Of a DNA stretch of 64,000 nt, positions 31,600-42,784 are shown piece by piece. Made by a program: the position numbers and the translations under genes. Origin of the DNA: Anthoceros angustus (taxonomy: Eukaryota > Plantae > Anthocerotophyta); assembly GCA_010909165.1 (NCBI GenBank), contig MU008207.1:186001-250000 (forward strand), read 5' to 3'. Numbering within the stretch: the stretch's first letter is position 1; each line of letters starts with the position of its first letter. The notes under the pieces were generated by a model. That model was not told the origin of the DNA. It did not search any database and was given only the letters and a program-made list of their open reading frames with translations.

Positions 31600-32150
31600 C
31601 CAAGGGTCTTGGGTGGCCAGTCTCTGGACAGAACCTGTAAGCAAGCTATGTGACGATAGCCATCTCCTGGAGGCTCTTGGGTGGCTAGTCGTTGGCGGAA
31701 CCTGTGAGCAAGCTATGTCACGACAGCTATCTCGCTCACGCTGGGGGAGGCTTTGGATCTTGTGGTGCTGACACATGCTAGCATTTCCAATCCCCCTTCT
31801 GCAGTGTCCTGAAGAAGTATACGATCTTGTGCTGGACAGCCGCTTCCATGCTCTTACAGCGAGATAGATGTACGATGCATGTGTTTGAGTGAAGCTGCTT
31901 CCCCTGCTGCAGAAACCCGACAGCAGCACCTACATGGCTGATGAAGGCAAACCACGAGGGATGCCCTCGTGTTGCATACTTGCATACAGAGCAAGGGCTT
32001 CTATACGTCCCAAGCCATACTCGAGTATATCCATCAATCAGGGGGCAGCCTATACCGCCCACCTTCAAGTAACATGAAACGCCTAGCGAGCCGCATTCAA
32101 GCCTCCACAATTGGCTGACATGCTCACCAGGTGTCCCGTGAGTGGAAGGC
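31600..32150. pseudogene. PPR relics: plus-strand N-terminal WW-family fragment abutting a minus-strand P-L fragment
   Basis: Plus strand: GTAAGCAAGCTATGTGACGATAGCCATCTC (VSKLCDD.HL.EAL). Minus strand: LIDGY...EALALYASMQHEG...QQGKQLHS. The block 31336-32180 recurs at 39139-40150. Confidence 0.65.
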
Positions 32151-32644
32151 CTTGAGGACCGCACCAAGACATGTCATCCACTTCCTTCCCCTCACACCCG
32201 AGGCTTTGTCATTTTGCTTTTATCACACCTTTTATTTGGCTTCACACCTGAGGTTTTCTTGGCTTCACACCTGATGTTTTGTAATTTTACTTCGCTTCAC
32301 ACCTAAGGTTTTATCTTATTGGTTGTGCCGTTCTGGAGGGCATGACTCTTGCATTGCTACCAACCGAACTGGAGCGTTGTTTGTTTGGGTGCGCGAATAC
32401 GCAGTTACTCTAGGCTCGAGACGATATTGTGCGGGAATGTGTGGTTTCTTTTTCACTGAATTCCGATTAGAAAATTTGATTCCCAATATGTACTAGGTGG
32501 TACCTAGTCGAGTGGCGGTCTGGGTTTTAAGCGAAAACAATGCGGTGAGCGTCCCCCGTTCGACTACGAAGACTAAAGCCTTTCCTTTTCATGAAACCTG
32601 TTCGACTGCCAAGACTAAAGCCTTTCCTTTTCATGAAATATTGT

Positions 32645-33355
32645 TGGACAGAGGTTTGTACTTTGGTAAATAAAAACCAAAAACCATCGTCGTACTCTAG
32701 TAAAAAAAAACAAGAAACAAACAACGGTTGAGGCTAACGGTTTAAAAACAAAAGCCTTTAGGATATAAGCTCCTCCTTGAGGCTAGGTTTATACTAGTGT
32801 TTTTTTAAATTAAATAAGTCTTTAGGATATAACCTCCTTTTTGCCGGGCACTTGAGAACGCTTGTGGATCCACCTAATCCACTGATCTCCAAGAGTATTC
32901 GTTGAACAACTTTATAGAGAGAAGTTTACACTTTTCAGAATTAATGAAGGTTGGAGGCTTTGCTCTACTTGGTAGGACAACCGATTAATATCAATATATC
33001 TACATGTTTCAACTACAAAATTCCCATGAACTAATATTAAAATATATTTTTGCACCTTAAGAGGTGATTTAAAATTAGATATTCAAAAGTAAAAAATTAT
33101 AAGGCTCCAAGCGCTGAACTGCGAGGAAATTATCGCGAAATTCTGCATGCCCAAATGAAGGAAAATATAGGGATAGAGGCTGAAAACGAGGAATTGGCAA
33201 GGAGCGGGGTTGGCGGACACGAGATCGAGAGCCACGCTGAAAGAGGGGTACGGAGGAGCGCCCTCTCGCGCGGTTCGAGTCCGGAGGCCACCCTCGCGCG
33301 CTGAGGGCGCGTGCATTCGCTCGAGCTAGCTGCAACTTAGCTGCACTACTAAGCA
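32645..33355. repeat. AT-rich/GC-rich intergenic block duplicated at ~42000-42760
   Basis: Near-identical copy with small deletions and one PPR-derived excursion. Confidence 0.8.
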
Positions 33356-33553
33356 GCAGCGATGATATGCAGCTAGGCACGCCATGAGCTTAACCACGAG
33401 CTGGAGCAGGGTAGACCATGAGGTCAGCCATGAGGAAAGGCTAGTTTCCAAATAAGAAAGGTTGAATGAAACTATCTTGGCAGGGAACAGGGCTTGTTGA
33501 GGCGACCAAGGCTTGTTTGAGAAACTAGAGCTTGTTTGGGAAACTAGGGCTTG

Positions 33554-34212
33554 AGTAACACCCCCTTTTCAGTGAGGTGGGGCAGTCACGCAGTTAGCGA
33601 CAAAAAACATCACCATGCACCAGCACTAGGTCTTGAAGTAGCCCGCCGTCCTTCCACGGCTCGCAGTCAGCACGTTTGCTATTTATTCCAACAAGAGTCT
33701 ACAAGAATACATGAGAGATCAGAGAGAGCTCCCCATCTTTGTCTAAGCTAAAAACTTAGCTCTCTCCCCTCGATCTCCTCCTCAAACAGCTCTCCTCTAG
33801 CATGCTCACACTCTAGGCTCCCAAGGCCTCTAGATACCACAGTCCTATTTTCACTCTAGACATGCTCACACTCCAGGCTCCCAAGGCCTTTAGGCTCCAA
33901 AGTCCTATCCTCATGAGTGTAGCTCCCAATGCTAGGACCTATTCTCACTCTAGACATGCTCACACTCCAGGCTCCCAAGGCCTTTAGGCTCCAAAGTCCT
34001 ATCCTCATGAGTGTAGCTCCCAATGCTAGGATCACAGGATGCTTTTCTAGGGCCAGCCTCATCTCCTTTTATAAGGAGGCTTACATCATTTCCAAAGTAA
34101 GTGCTAAAAGCATACTTTCTTCCTTAAGCCCTAAGCTAAGTCTTACCACCACTACTTACAACTTACTAAACTAGATCCAGGGTTGCATGCCTCTCATGCA
34201 AGGCTTCTTACT
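33554..34212 (-). mobile_element. Solo LTR related to the LTR at 1067-1824, termini AGTAA...TTACT, 5-bp TSD GCTTG
   Basis: GCTTG at 33549-33553 and 34213-34217. Inserted in an AAACTAGAGCTTGTTTGGG short repeat array. Internal ~80-bp tandem duplication at ~33850-34030. Confidence 0.88.
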
Positions 34213-34733
34213 GCTTGTGTAGAAAACTAGAGCTTGTTTGGGGAGGTCTATACTTAGTTCTACATAGGTATATTTTTTAAAAATATTAAAATTTAATAAT
34301 AATATATAGATGTTGAACATATATTTTTTTTAAAACTCACGAAGACTACCTACCTATGTAGTGCAGCCCGGAGGATGTATTCCGGTACATAATTCAGCCA
34401 CAATGGCTGTGGAATCTATAACGGATTCTAACAGAAATATAAAAATTTGGTCTTCCCCTCAGTAGTGGGTTTCAATCCGTATGAGATTGTAGCAGAAATA
34501 CAAAAACTTGGTCTTCTCCTCGGAAAGTGGGGTTTAAGGGATATGATCGCTCAATCCAACATGCTGCTCAAGCAACTGTGGAAAATGCTGCGCGGTTGGC
34601 CCTCAAATAGGAATTCACTTAGTTGAAGTCCGACGAAAAGGAGTAGGTTTTGGAAAGAAATTTTTGGCGAACACCAGCTCCTAGGGCGACTTCGTAAAAG
34701 GGAGCTCAGCAACACTACTTTGCGCAGCGCCCA

Positions 34734-34885
34734 GCAAATGTGAGCTTATCAAACATCAGCTGAAATTTTCTTTGGCTTTCAACGCCGGGCAAATGTGAGC
34801 GTATCAAACATCAGCTGAAGTTTTCTTTGGCTTTCAACGCCGAGCAAATGTGAGCTAATCACATATCAGTTTAAATTTTCTTCTA
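34734..34885. repeat. 55-bp tandem repeat (~2.7 units) downstream of tRNA-Pro
   Basis: Units of GCAAATGTGAGC(T/G)TATCAAACATCAGCTGAA(A/G)TTTTCTTTGGCTTTCAACGCCG; copied at ~45615-45765. Confidence 0.85.
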
Positions 34886-34928
34886 CTGCAAAACGGAGAT
34901 CACTCTCTCAAGAGTCCGATAGTAGAAG

Positions 34929-35000
34929 GGGGCATTGCGAGAATCGAACTCACGACCTCTCGCACCCGAAGCGAGAATCATACCACTAGACCAAATGCCC
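34929..35000 (-). tRNA. tRNA-Pro (anticodon CGG)
   Basis: Reverse complement GGGCATTTGGTCTAGTGGTATGATTCTCGCTTCGGGTGCGAGAGGTCGTGAGTTCGATTCTCGCAATGCCCC: acceptor stem GGGCATT/AATGCCC, anticodon stem CTCGC/GCGAG, GTTCGA T-loop; 72 nt. Confidence 0.95.
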
Positions 35001-35834
35001 TGACGTAAATTGGAAGAGATAGTTAAAAATTTAATATAGAAAGTTTAGTTTTAATTAAATTTCCGGTCGATTCTGTCCACTTGGACGGACCAAGTCTCCA
35101 GGTGCTGCAGTGTAAGGAGCCCAGAATTCCACTTCCGAGAAAAAGTGTGGGCGGAATTTCCAGATCAATCTGTGGGGGTGGGAAGGAGGGGCAGTCCATG
35201 TCAACAATCCTCACCAACATCAAACACCTTTCAAGCCTCATTCACGCCTCCACACTTGGCTCACATGTTCAGCAGGCGATTCATGCCAAAAAAATTTCCG
35301 CCTTTTCCGCACTGGCCTAATAATTTCGGTCATCCTCCTTTGCCATGACCGTATGTCTGCGCAGACGCACATGCCTTGAGGACTGCACGCAGACATGAAG
35401 AAGAAGAATTTTATTGAAGTCCACTAAGGACGGATTTCCGTCATGGGACTTGGTACATACTTAACAACTTGTACCATGGTTACTTGGCTTGACACCCCAG
35501 GCTCCCAACAAAGCCACAACGAAAAATGAAGCCGGCGGCTGTCCCAAAACTTGCATGGTCTTTTCCCAAGCTGGAATTATGATAGGTGGGTTTAGGCGGT
35601 TTCGTATGCTTCCGGTAGTCATTTCCATGCCCTTTAACAGATGGGCTGTGCACATCAACGAAGAGTCGCACACCAGAAGTCTTCTGACATGCATGTATTT
35701 GGCAACCATGTTGGACTTTGTCTTGATGTCGTTGCCATGGGTAATAGAACACCGTATACACCGTGATGCCAAGTACCTCGGCATCCTGCCATTGCTTGCT
35801 TTACGCCCCATCTTCCGACAGCGGTCCCTGTACG

Positions 35835-38800
35835 ATGGCCACAGTCTGGAAACCAGACCCGTTTTGGACCCAACAAATTGGTGGAGCTCCCGATCACCTC
35901 GTAGTCTTCGGGAGTCATCCAGCGATGGTCGTCGCCAGGAGCAGGACCACTTGTGGCAACAATTTTTTCTGGCCCCTACTATGTGGTGGGACAACAGACG
36001 AGATAAGAAGAGCTCCCGTTCGCCTGACTTCCGGCAGAAGGGGTCCGGCGAGGTCCTGTGGTAAGCAGCATGCTCAAGCCAGCTTGGGTTGATGAGCAGC
36101 TCGTTTCTTTGGATATGCAGATGGGTCATGGTGCCTCTCCTTCCAAGTCCAGCTCTCCTGATAAGCCTGAGCCTAGCAGGCCTGCAGGATTGGAGATGAG
36201 CGTCGTAACGGCTGTAACCGTGAGCACATTATGCCAGCAGGGGAAGCTTGCTGAGGCAGTTGGAGCCCTGGAATCTCTGGGGCAGCCAAACTCTGGTATT
36301 TCTCAGTCTGTGTTCTACACTGTGCTAAAGCTGTGTGCAGCCAAGAAGGATCTCGTAGTGGGGCGACGGGTTCATGACCTCGTGGTCAAACTTGGGTACG
36401 AGTCGGATGCATACTTTGGAAACCATATCTTGCGCATGTATGCATGTGGAGGTAGGCTGCAGGAGGCCATGGATGTGTTCACCAGGGTGGGAAAACCAAA
36501 TGCCTTCATATGGTTTTCCATTATCTCTGCACATGCCAAGCATGGGAAACTCAATGAAGCCATACAACTGTACCATGAGGTGCGTAGGTCAGGAGTGAAG
36601 GCGGATGCTCACGTCTTTGTAGCTGCCCTTCAAGCTTGTGCATTTGCCGCCGACTTGGAATCTGGCAGAGAAGTGCACTGTGATGTGTTGCAAAGTCGGA
36701 TTCCTCCCAACTTGTTTGTTGGAAACTGCCTGGTGGACATGTAATGTGGCGAACTGGAAGATGCACGCCGGGGCTTTGACAGCTTGACCACAAAGGATGT
36801 GGTGACATGGGCGGCCCTGATTGGTGGGTATGCACAGCAAGGGCTCGGCCAAGAGGCGCTGGTACTGTATGGACAAATGGAGCAAGACGGCCTAATTTTG
36901 GCTGACCGTGTTACTTTTTCTTGCCTTCTGAAGGCCTGTGCAAGCACTGGTGACTTGCAGAAGGGCATGCACCTGCACTCACGCATCATGGAAGAAGGCC
37001 TGTGCAAGCACTGGTTCCTTACAGAGGGGCAGGCAGCTGCACTCACAAATTGTGGGAACTGAAGATGCACGGTTTTGACAGCTTGGTCACAAAGATGTGG
37101 TGACATGGACGTCCCTGATTGCTGGGTATGCAAATCATGGGTTTGACACAGGCGCTTGTTCTGTATGGACAAATGGAGGAGGGCCTGATTGTGGCTGATC
37201 TTTTTACTTTTCTTGCCTTCTGAAGGCCTGTGCAAGGCTGGTGCCTTACAGAAGGGCAGGCAGCTGCACTCACAGATTGTGAAAGAGGACAGCTGCATGA
37301 CATGGTGTTGGGCAACTGCCTGGTGGACATGTATGCAAAATGTGGTGAACTGGAAGATGCACGCCAGGTTTTGACAGCTTGGCAAAGGATGTGGTGACAT
37401 GGACAGCCCTGATTGCTGGGTATGCACAGCAAGGGCTCGGCCAAGAGGCTCTTGTTCTGTATGGACAAATGGAGGAGGGCCTGATTTTGGCTAACCATGT
37501 TACTTTTGCTTGCCTTCTGAAGGCCTGTGCAAGCACTGGTGCCAGAAGGGCAGGCAGCTGCACTCCCAGATTGTCGAAAGAGGACTGCTGGATACAACAT
37601 AGTGTTGGGCAACTGCCTGGTGGACATGTATGCAAAATGTGGTGAACTGGAAGATGCACGCCAGGTTTTGACAGCTTGCCAGAAAGGATGTGGTGACATG
37701 GACAGCCCTGATTGCTGGGTATGCACAGCAAGGCTCGGCCAAGAGGCGCTTGTTCTGTATGGACAAATGGAGCAAGAGGGTCATTTTGGCTAACGATGTA
37801 CTTTTGCTTGCCTTCTGAAGGCCTGTGCAAGCACTGGTTCCTTACAGAGGGGCAGGCAGCTGCACTCACAAATTGTGGAAAGGGGACTGCTAGACATTCG
37901 ACAACTTGGCCACAAAAAGTGTGGTGACATGGAATGCCCTGATTGCTGGATATACAGATCAAGGGCTGGGTCACGAGGCGCTTCTTCTGTATGGAGAAAT
38001 GGAACAGGAGGGCCTGATTATGGCTAATGATGTTACTTTTGCTTGCCTTCTGAAGGCCTGTGCAAGCACTGGTGCCTTACAAAGAGGCAGGCAGCTGCAC
38101 TCACATACTGTCGAAAGGGGACTGCTAGGTACCATACTTGTTGGCACCTGCCTGGGACATGTATGCAAAATGTGGCGATGTGGGCACTGCACGCCAGGTT
38201 TTTGACAGCTTGGCCACCAAGGATGTGGTGACATGGACGACCCTGATATCTGGGTATGGTGCTTGTGATGAAGGGCACAACGCACTAGCTTGTTTTGAGG
38301 AGATGTTAGTTGCTGGTATCCAGCCTAATGATGCTACGTTCACTTGCCTTTTAGAAGCATGCAGTTATGGAGGACTGTTGGATGAGGGTCGTATGCACTT
38401 TGGGTCCATGGCTGAACAGCATGGTATCAAACCTACTGCTGAGCACTACAATTGCATGAATGATCTTCTTGGGCGTGCAGGCCATTTAGATGAGGCTGAG
38501 AACATGCTTTTGTCATGTGAGGGCCAGAGTAATGTTGTGGGATTGACGTCTTTGCTGAATTCCTGCAAAAGTCACGGGGATATTGAGAGAGCGAGACGTT
38601 GTTTTGAGAGTCTGGTTAGTCTGGAGCCTCAGAGTGCATCCGCGTATGTGCTCATGGCCAATGCCTATGCAATGCAGGTAGGTGGACTGACGTAGGGAGG
38701 ATTGAAAAACAGAGAATGTCAGCAAGAGCTAGTCAGAAACCTGCTGTGGCGGGTATTGAGGTTAAGGATCAGGTACATACATTTGTAGTGGGAGATACGA

Positions 38801-39138
38801 GAGAAGATATTGCACTCAAGGTAGAGAGCACGAATGCACGTCTGAAGGAAGAAAGAGGCCACGTACCCCACACGAAGTTGGAGTTGAAGCCACTGGCTGA
38901 GAAGGAAAAGGACGACGCGCTTTGCGGGCATGCTGAGAAGCTAGCTTTGGCGTTCGGTCTCTTGAATACGCCGAGTGGCACACCGCTGGTGGTAACAAAG
39001 AATCTGCGCATGTGCAGTGACTGCCACAGCTCCACGGAGATCATGTCTAGGATTGAAAGCAGGGACATCGTGGTGAGGGATGGGTACCGTGTGCATCGAT
39101 TCGCCGATGGTTGTTGCAGTTGTGAGGGTCGATCGTGA
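35835..39138 (+). pseudogene. Paralogous PDF / PLS / E / DYW:KP gene ending GRS, heavily frameshifted in this sequence
   Basis: ATG MATVWKPDP at 35835; PDF motif 35951-36114 (broken at VLW); many short deletions in 36740-38200; C-terminal ORF QKPAVAGIEV...HAEKLA...CSDCH...CCSCEGRS*. Confidence 0.8.
35951..36114 (+). other. OSB-type PDF motif (frameshifted copy)
   Basis: LWQQFFLAPTMWWDNRRDKKSSRSPDFRQKGSGEVLW / SMLKPAWVDEQLVSLD split across two frames. Confidence 0.8.
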
Positions 39139-40189
39139 GAATGAAGAACTAGCCAGTGCTGCTTTCTTCTTCTGAGGGTGAAAATGGTTGCTTAGCTCCA
39201 TCCCTGTTCAAACTGAGCCAGATAAAACGGATCCACCCCTTTTCATGACACAAAATTCTGAATTCAGTGAACCTCCTCCTGTATGGAGAGAAGGGAGGGC
39301 AGCTAGGAGCTGATTGCAGGTGAGACTGCAGGCCATTACTACTTGCAAACCGAGAAGGAAGGAGAAAGAAGGTGCAGCATCTGCGGAAGGCAATCCCCAA
39401 AGGGTCTTGGGTGGCCAGTCTCTGGACAGAACCTGTAAGCAAGCTATGTGACGATAGCCATCTCCTGGAGGCTCTTGGGTGGCTAGTCGTTGGCGGAACC
39501 TGTGAGCAAGCTATGTCACGACAGCTATCTCGCTCACGCTGGGGAGGCTTTGGAACTGGTGGTGCTAACACACCTTGCATTTCAAATCCCTCTTCTGCAC
39601 TATCCTGAAGAGATGTGCGGTCAGCAAGGATCTTGTGGTGCTGACACATGCTAGCATTTCCAATCCCCTTCTGCAGTGTCCTGAAGAGATGTGCGGTCAG
39701 CAAGGATCTTGTGCTGGACAGCCGCTTCCATGCTCTTACAGTGAAACAGGGTACCGGTCAGACACGTTCCTGGGCAACCACGTCCTGCGGATGTATGCTT
39801 CTCATGGCAAGTTGCAGCACATGATGCATGTGTTTTGAGTGAAGCTGCTTCCCTGCTGCAGAAACCCGACAGCAGCACCTACATGGCTGATGAAGGCAAC
39901 CACGAGGGATGCCCTCGTGTTGCATACTTGCATACAGAGCAAGGGCTTCTATACGTCCCAAGCCATACTCAGTATATCCATCAATCAGGGGGCAGCCTAT
40001 ACCGCCCACCTTCAAGTAACATGAAACGCCTAGCGAGCCGCATTCAAGCCTCCACAATTGGCTGACATGCTCACCAGGTGTCCCGTGAGTGGAAGGCCTT
40101 GAGGACCGCACCAAGACATGTCATCCACTTCCTTCCCCTCACACCCATTGAACAACTTGGGTGCATTCTCTGCCATGCCCGGCCTGCAG

Positions 40190-42010
40190 GTTACCACCAT
40201 GGGCGAGTAACGCCTGAAACTGTGAGCAAGCTATGTCATGACGGCCATCTCGCTCAGGCTGTGGAGGCTTTGGAACTGGTGGTGCTAACACACCTTGCAT
40301 TTCAAATCCCTCTTCTGCACTATCCTGAAGAGATGTGCGGTCAGCAAGGATCTTGTGCTGGGTAGCCGCGTCCATGCTCTTACAGTGAAACAGGGTACCA
40401 GGTCAGACACGTTCCTGGGCAACCACGTCCTGCGGATGTATGCTTCTCATGGCAAGTTGCAGCACATGATGCATGTATTTGAAGGCCTGGCCGAACCGGA
40501 TGCCTTCACCTGGTCTGCCGTCATTTCTGCCCATGTTAGGCATCGACGAGACGAGCAGGCCATTCAACTGTATCAGCGAATGCGGACCACGTCCGTGTGA
40601 AGCCCGATGGGCATGTAATTGTGGCAGCCCTTCAGGCTTGTGCAAGGGCCTCGGACTTGGAAACTGGGCAGCAGGTGCATGCCGACGTGTTGGCCAGCGG
40701 CGTGGAGCCTGATCTGTTTGTTTGGGTGCGCGAATACGCAGTTACTCTAGGCTCGTCGCTGAACATCTGCATCTGCGCATGTACGGATCTGTTTCTATAT
40801 TGAAAGCAGCAGTAAATCCCTGCACAAGCTTCTGCTGCTTGAGCTGCGCTGGGAAGCCGGGTCCATCGTATGTCTTCTATTGAGGGCGGCCGTTCGATCA
40901 GCCATTGGAGTTGGCATTGTCGTTGGAGTACAACATCTAGGAGGCTCATCTGATCAGTGTGCGCGAGCGAGCGATGGCTGGCTGTGTGTGCTATGCCTGG
41001 AAGAGTCTCTTGCGCTGGTGGGACTCCAAAGAAGTGACCACCTATTGTTGGGCAAGCGCACAACCAAGTCGGGTGCGGTCGAAGTGGATGTTTCCTGTCT
41101 GGAGATGGCTCTTCCAGCGAGGGTGGTGGTGCTCGCTGCCAGGAGGAGCAGTGGGCACAGGCAACTCCAAGGAGTCCTCACACCCATTGAACAACTTGGG
41201 TGCATTCTCTGCCATGCCCGGCCTGCATGGGCGAGTAACGCCTGAAACTGTGAGCAAGCTATGTCATGACGGCCATCTCGCTCAGGCTGTGGAGGCTTTG
41301 GAACTGGTGGTGCTAACACACCCTTGCATTTCCAAATCCCTCTTCTGCACTATCCTGAAGAGATGTGCGGTCAGCAAGGATCTTGTGCTGGGTAGCCGCG
41401 TCCATGCTCTTACAGTGAAACAGGGGTACCGGTCAGACACGTTCCTGGGCAACCACGTCCTGCGGATGTATGCTTCTCATGGCAAGTTGCAGCACATGAT
41501 GCATGTATTTGAAGGCCTGGCCGAACCGGATGCCTTCACCTGGTCTGCCGTCATTTCTGCCCATGTTAGGCATCGACGAGACGAGCAGGCCATTCAACTG
41601 TATCAGCGAATGCGGACCACGTCCCGTGTGAAGCCCGATGGGCATGTAATTGTGGCAGCCCTTCAGGCTTGTGCAAGGGCCTCGGACTTGGAAACTGGGC
41701 AGCAGGTGCATGCCGACGTGTTGGCCAGCGGCGTGGAGCCTGATCTGTTTGTTTCAAGTTGCTTGGTTGCCATGTATGCCAAGTGTGGCAGCTTGGAGGA
41801 TGCTCAGGCCGTGTTTGATGCTCTTGGTGAAAAGAACGTGGTGACATGGACTGCCATGATAGCAGGATATGCCCAGCAGGGCAGGGGCCACCAAGCCCTT
41901 CACCTCTACACTGCAATGGAAGAAGGAGGCATGGCCGTACCCGATTCCATCACCTTTGTGTGCCTCCTGCAGGCATGTGCAAGTGTGGGAACCCCAGCTT
42001 TGGACAGAGG
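40190..42010 (+). pseudogene. Partial copies of WW-family PPR gene 'B' N-terminus (two starts, ~40190 and ~41220)
   Basis: Repeated VTPETVSKLCHDGHLAQAVEAL...MRTTSRVKPDGHV segments, truncated at microhomology junctions. Confidence 0.75.
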
Positions 42011-42784
42011 TTTGTACTTTGGTAAATAAAACCAAAACCATCGTCGTACTCTAGTAAAAAAAAAACAAGAAATAAACAGTTGAGGCTAACGGTTTAAAAA
42101 CAAAAGCCTTTAGGATATAAGCTCCTCCTTGAGGCTAGGTTTTATACTAGTGTTTTTAAATTAAATAAGTCTTTAGGATATAACCTCCTTTTGCGGGCAC
42201 TTGAGAACGCTTGTGGATCCACCTAATCCACTGATCTCCAAGAGTATTCGTTGAACAACTTGGGTGCATTCTCTGCCATGCCCGGCCTGCAGGTTACCAC
42301 CATGGGCGAGTAACGCCTGAAACTGTGAGCAAGCTATGTCATGACGGCCATCTCGCTCAGGCTGTGGAGGCTTTGCTCTACTTGGTAGGACAACCGATTA
42401 ATATCAATATATCTACATGTTTCAACTACAAAATTCCATGAACTAATATTAAAATATATTTTGCACCAGAGGTGATTTAAAATTAGATATTCAAAAGTAA
42501 AAATTATAAGGCTCAAGCGCTGAACTGCGAGAAATTATCGCGAAATTCTGCATGCCCAAATGAAGGAAAATATAGGGATAGAGGCTGAAAACGAGGAATT
42601 GGCAAGGAGCAGGGTTGGCGGACACGAGATCGAGAGCCACGCTGAAAGAGGGGTACGGAGGAGCGCCCTCTCGCGCGGTTCGAGTCCGAGGCCACCCTCG
42701 CGCGCTGAGGGCGCGTGCATTCGCTCGAGCTAGCTGCAACTTAGCTGCACTACTAAGCAGCAGTAAATCCCTGCAAGCTTCTGC

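Noticed and set aside
34855-34885. U2 snRNA-like words (ATCAGTTTAA / CTGATATGTG)
   Set aside because: Only ~10-nt matches inside a 55-bp tandem repeat; no U2 5' end or Sm site in register.
35489-36064. 191-aa hydrophobic ORF as a membrane protein
   Set aside because: It runs through upstream sequence into the PDF frame only because of an indel; the paralogues place the conserved ATG at 35835.
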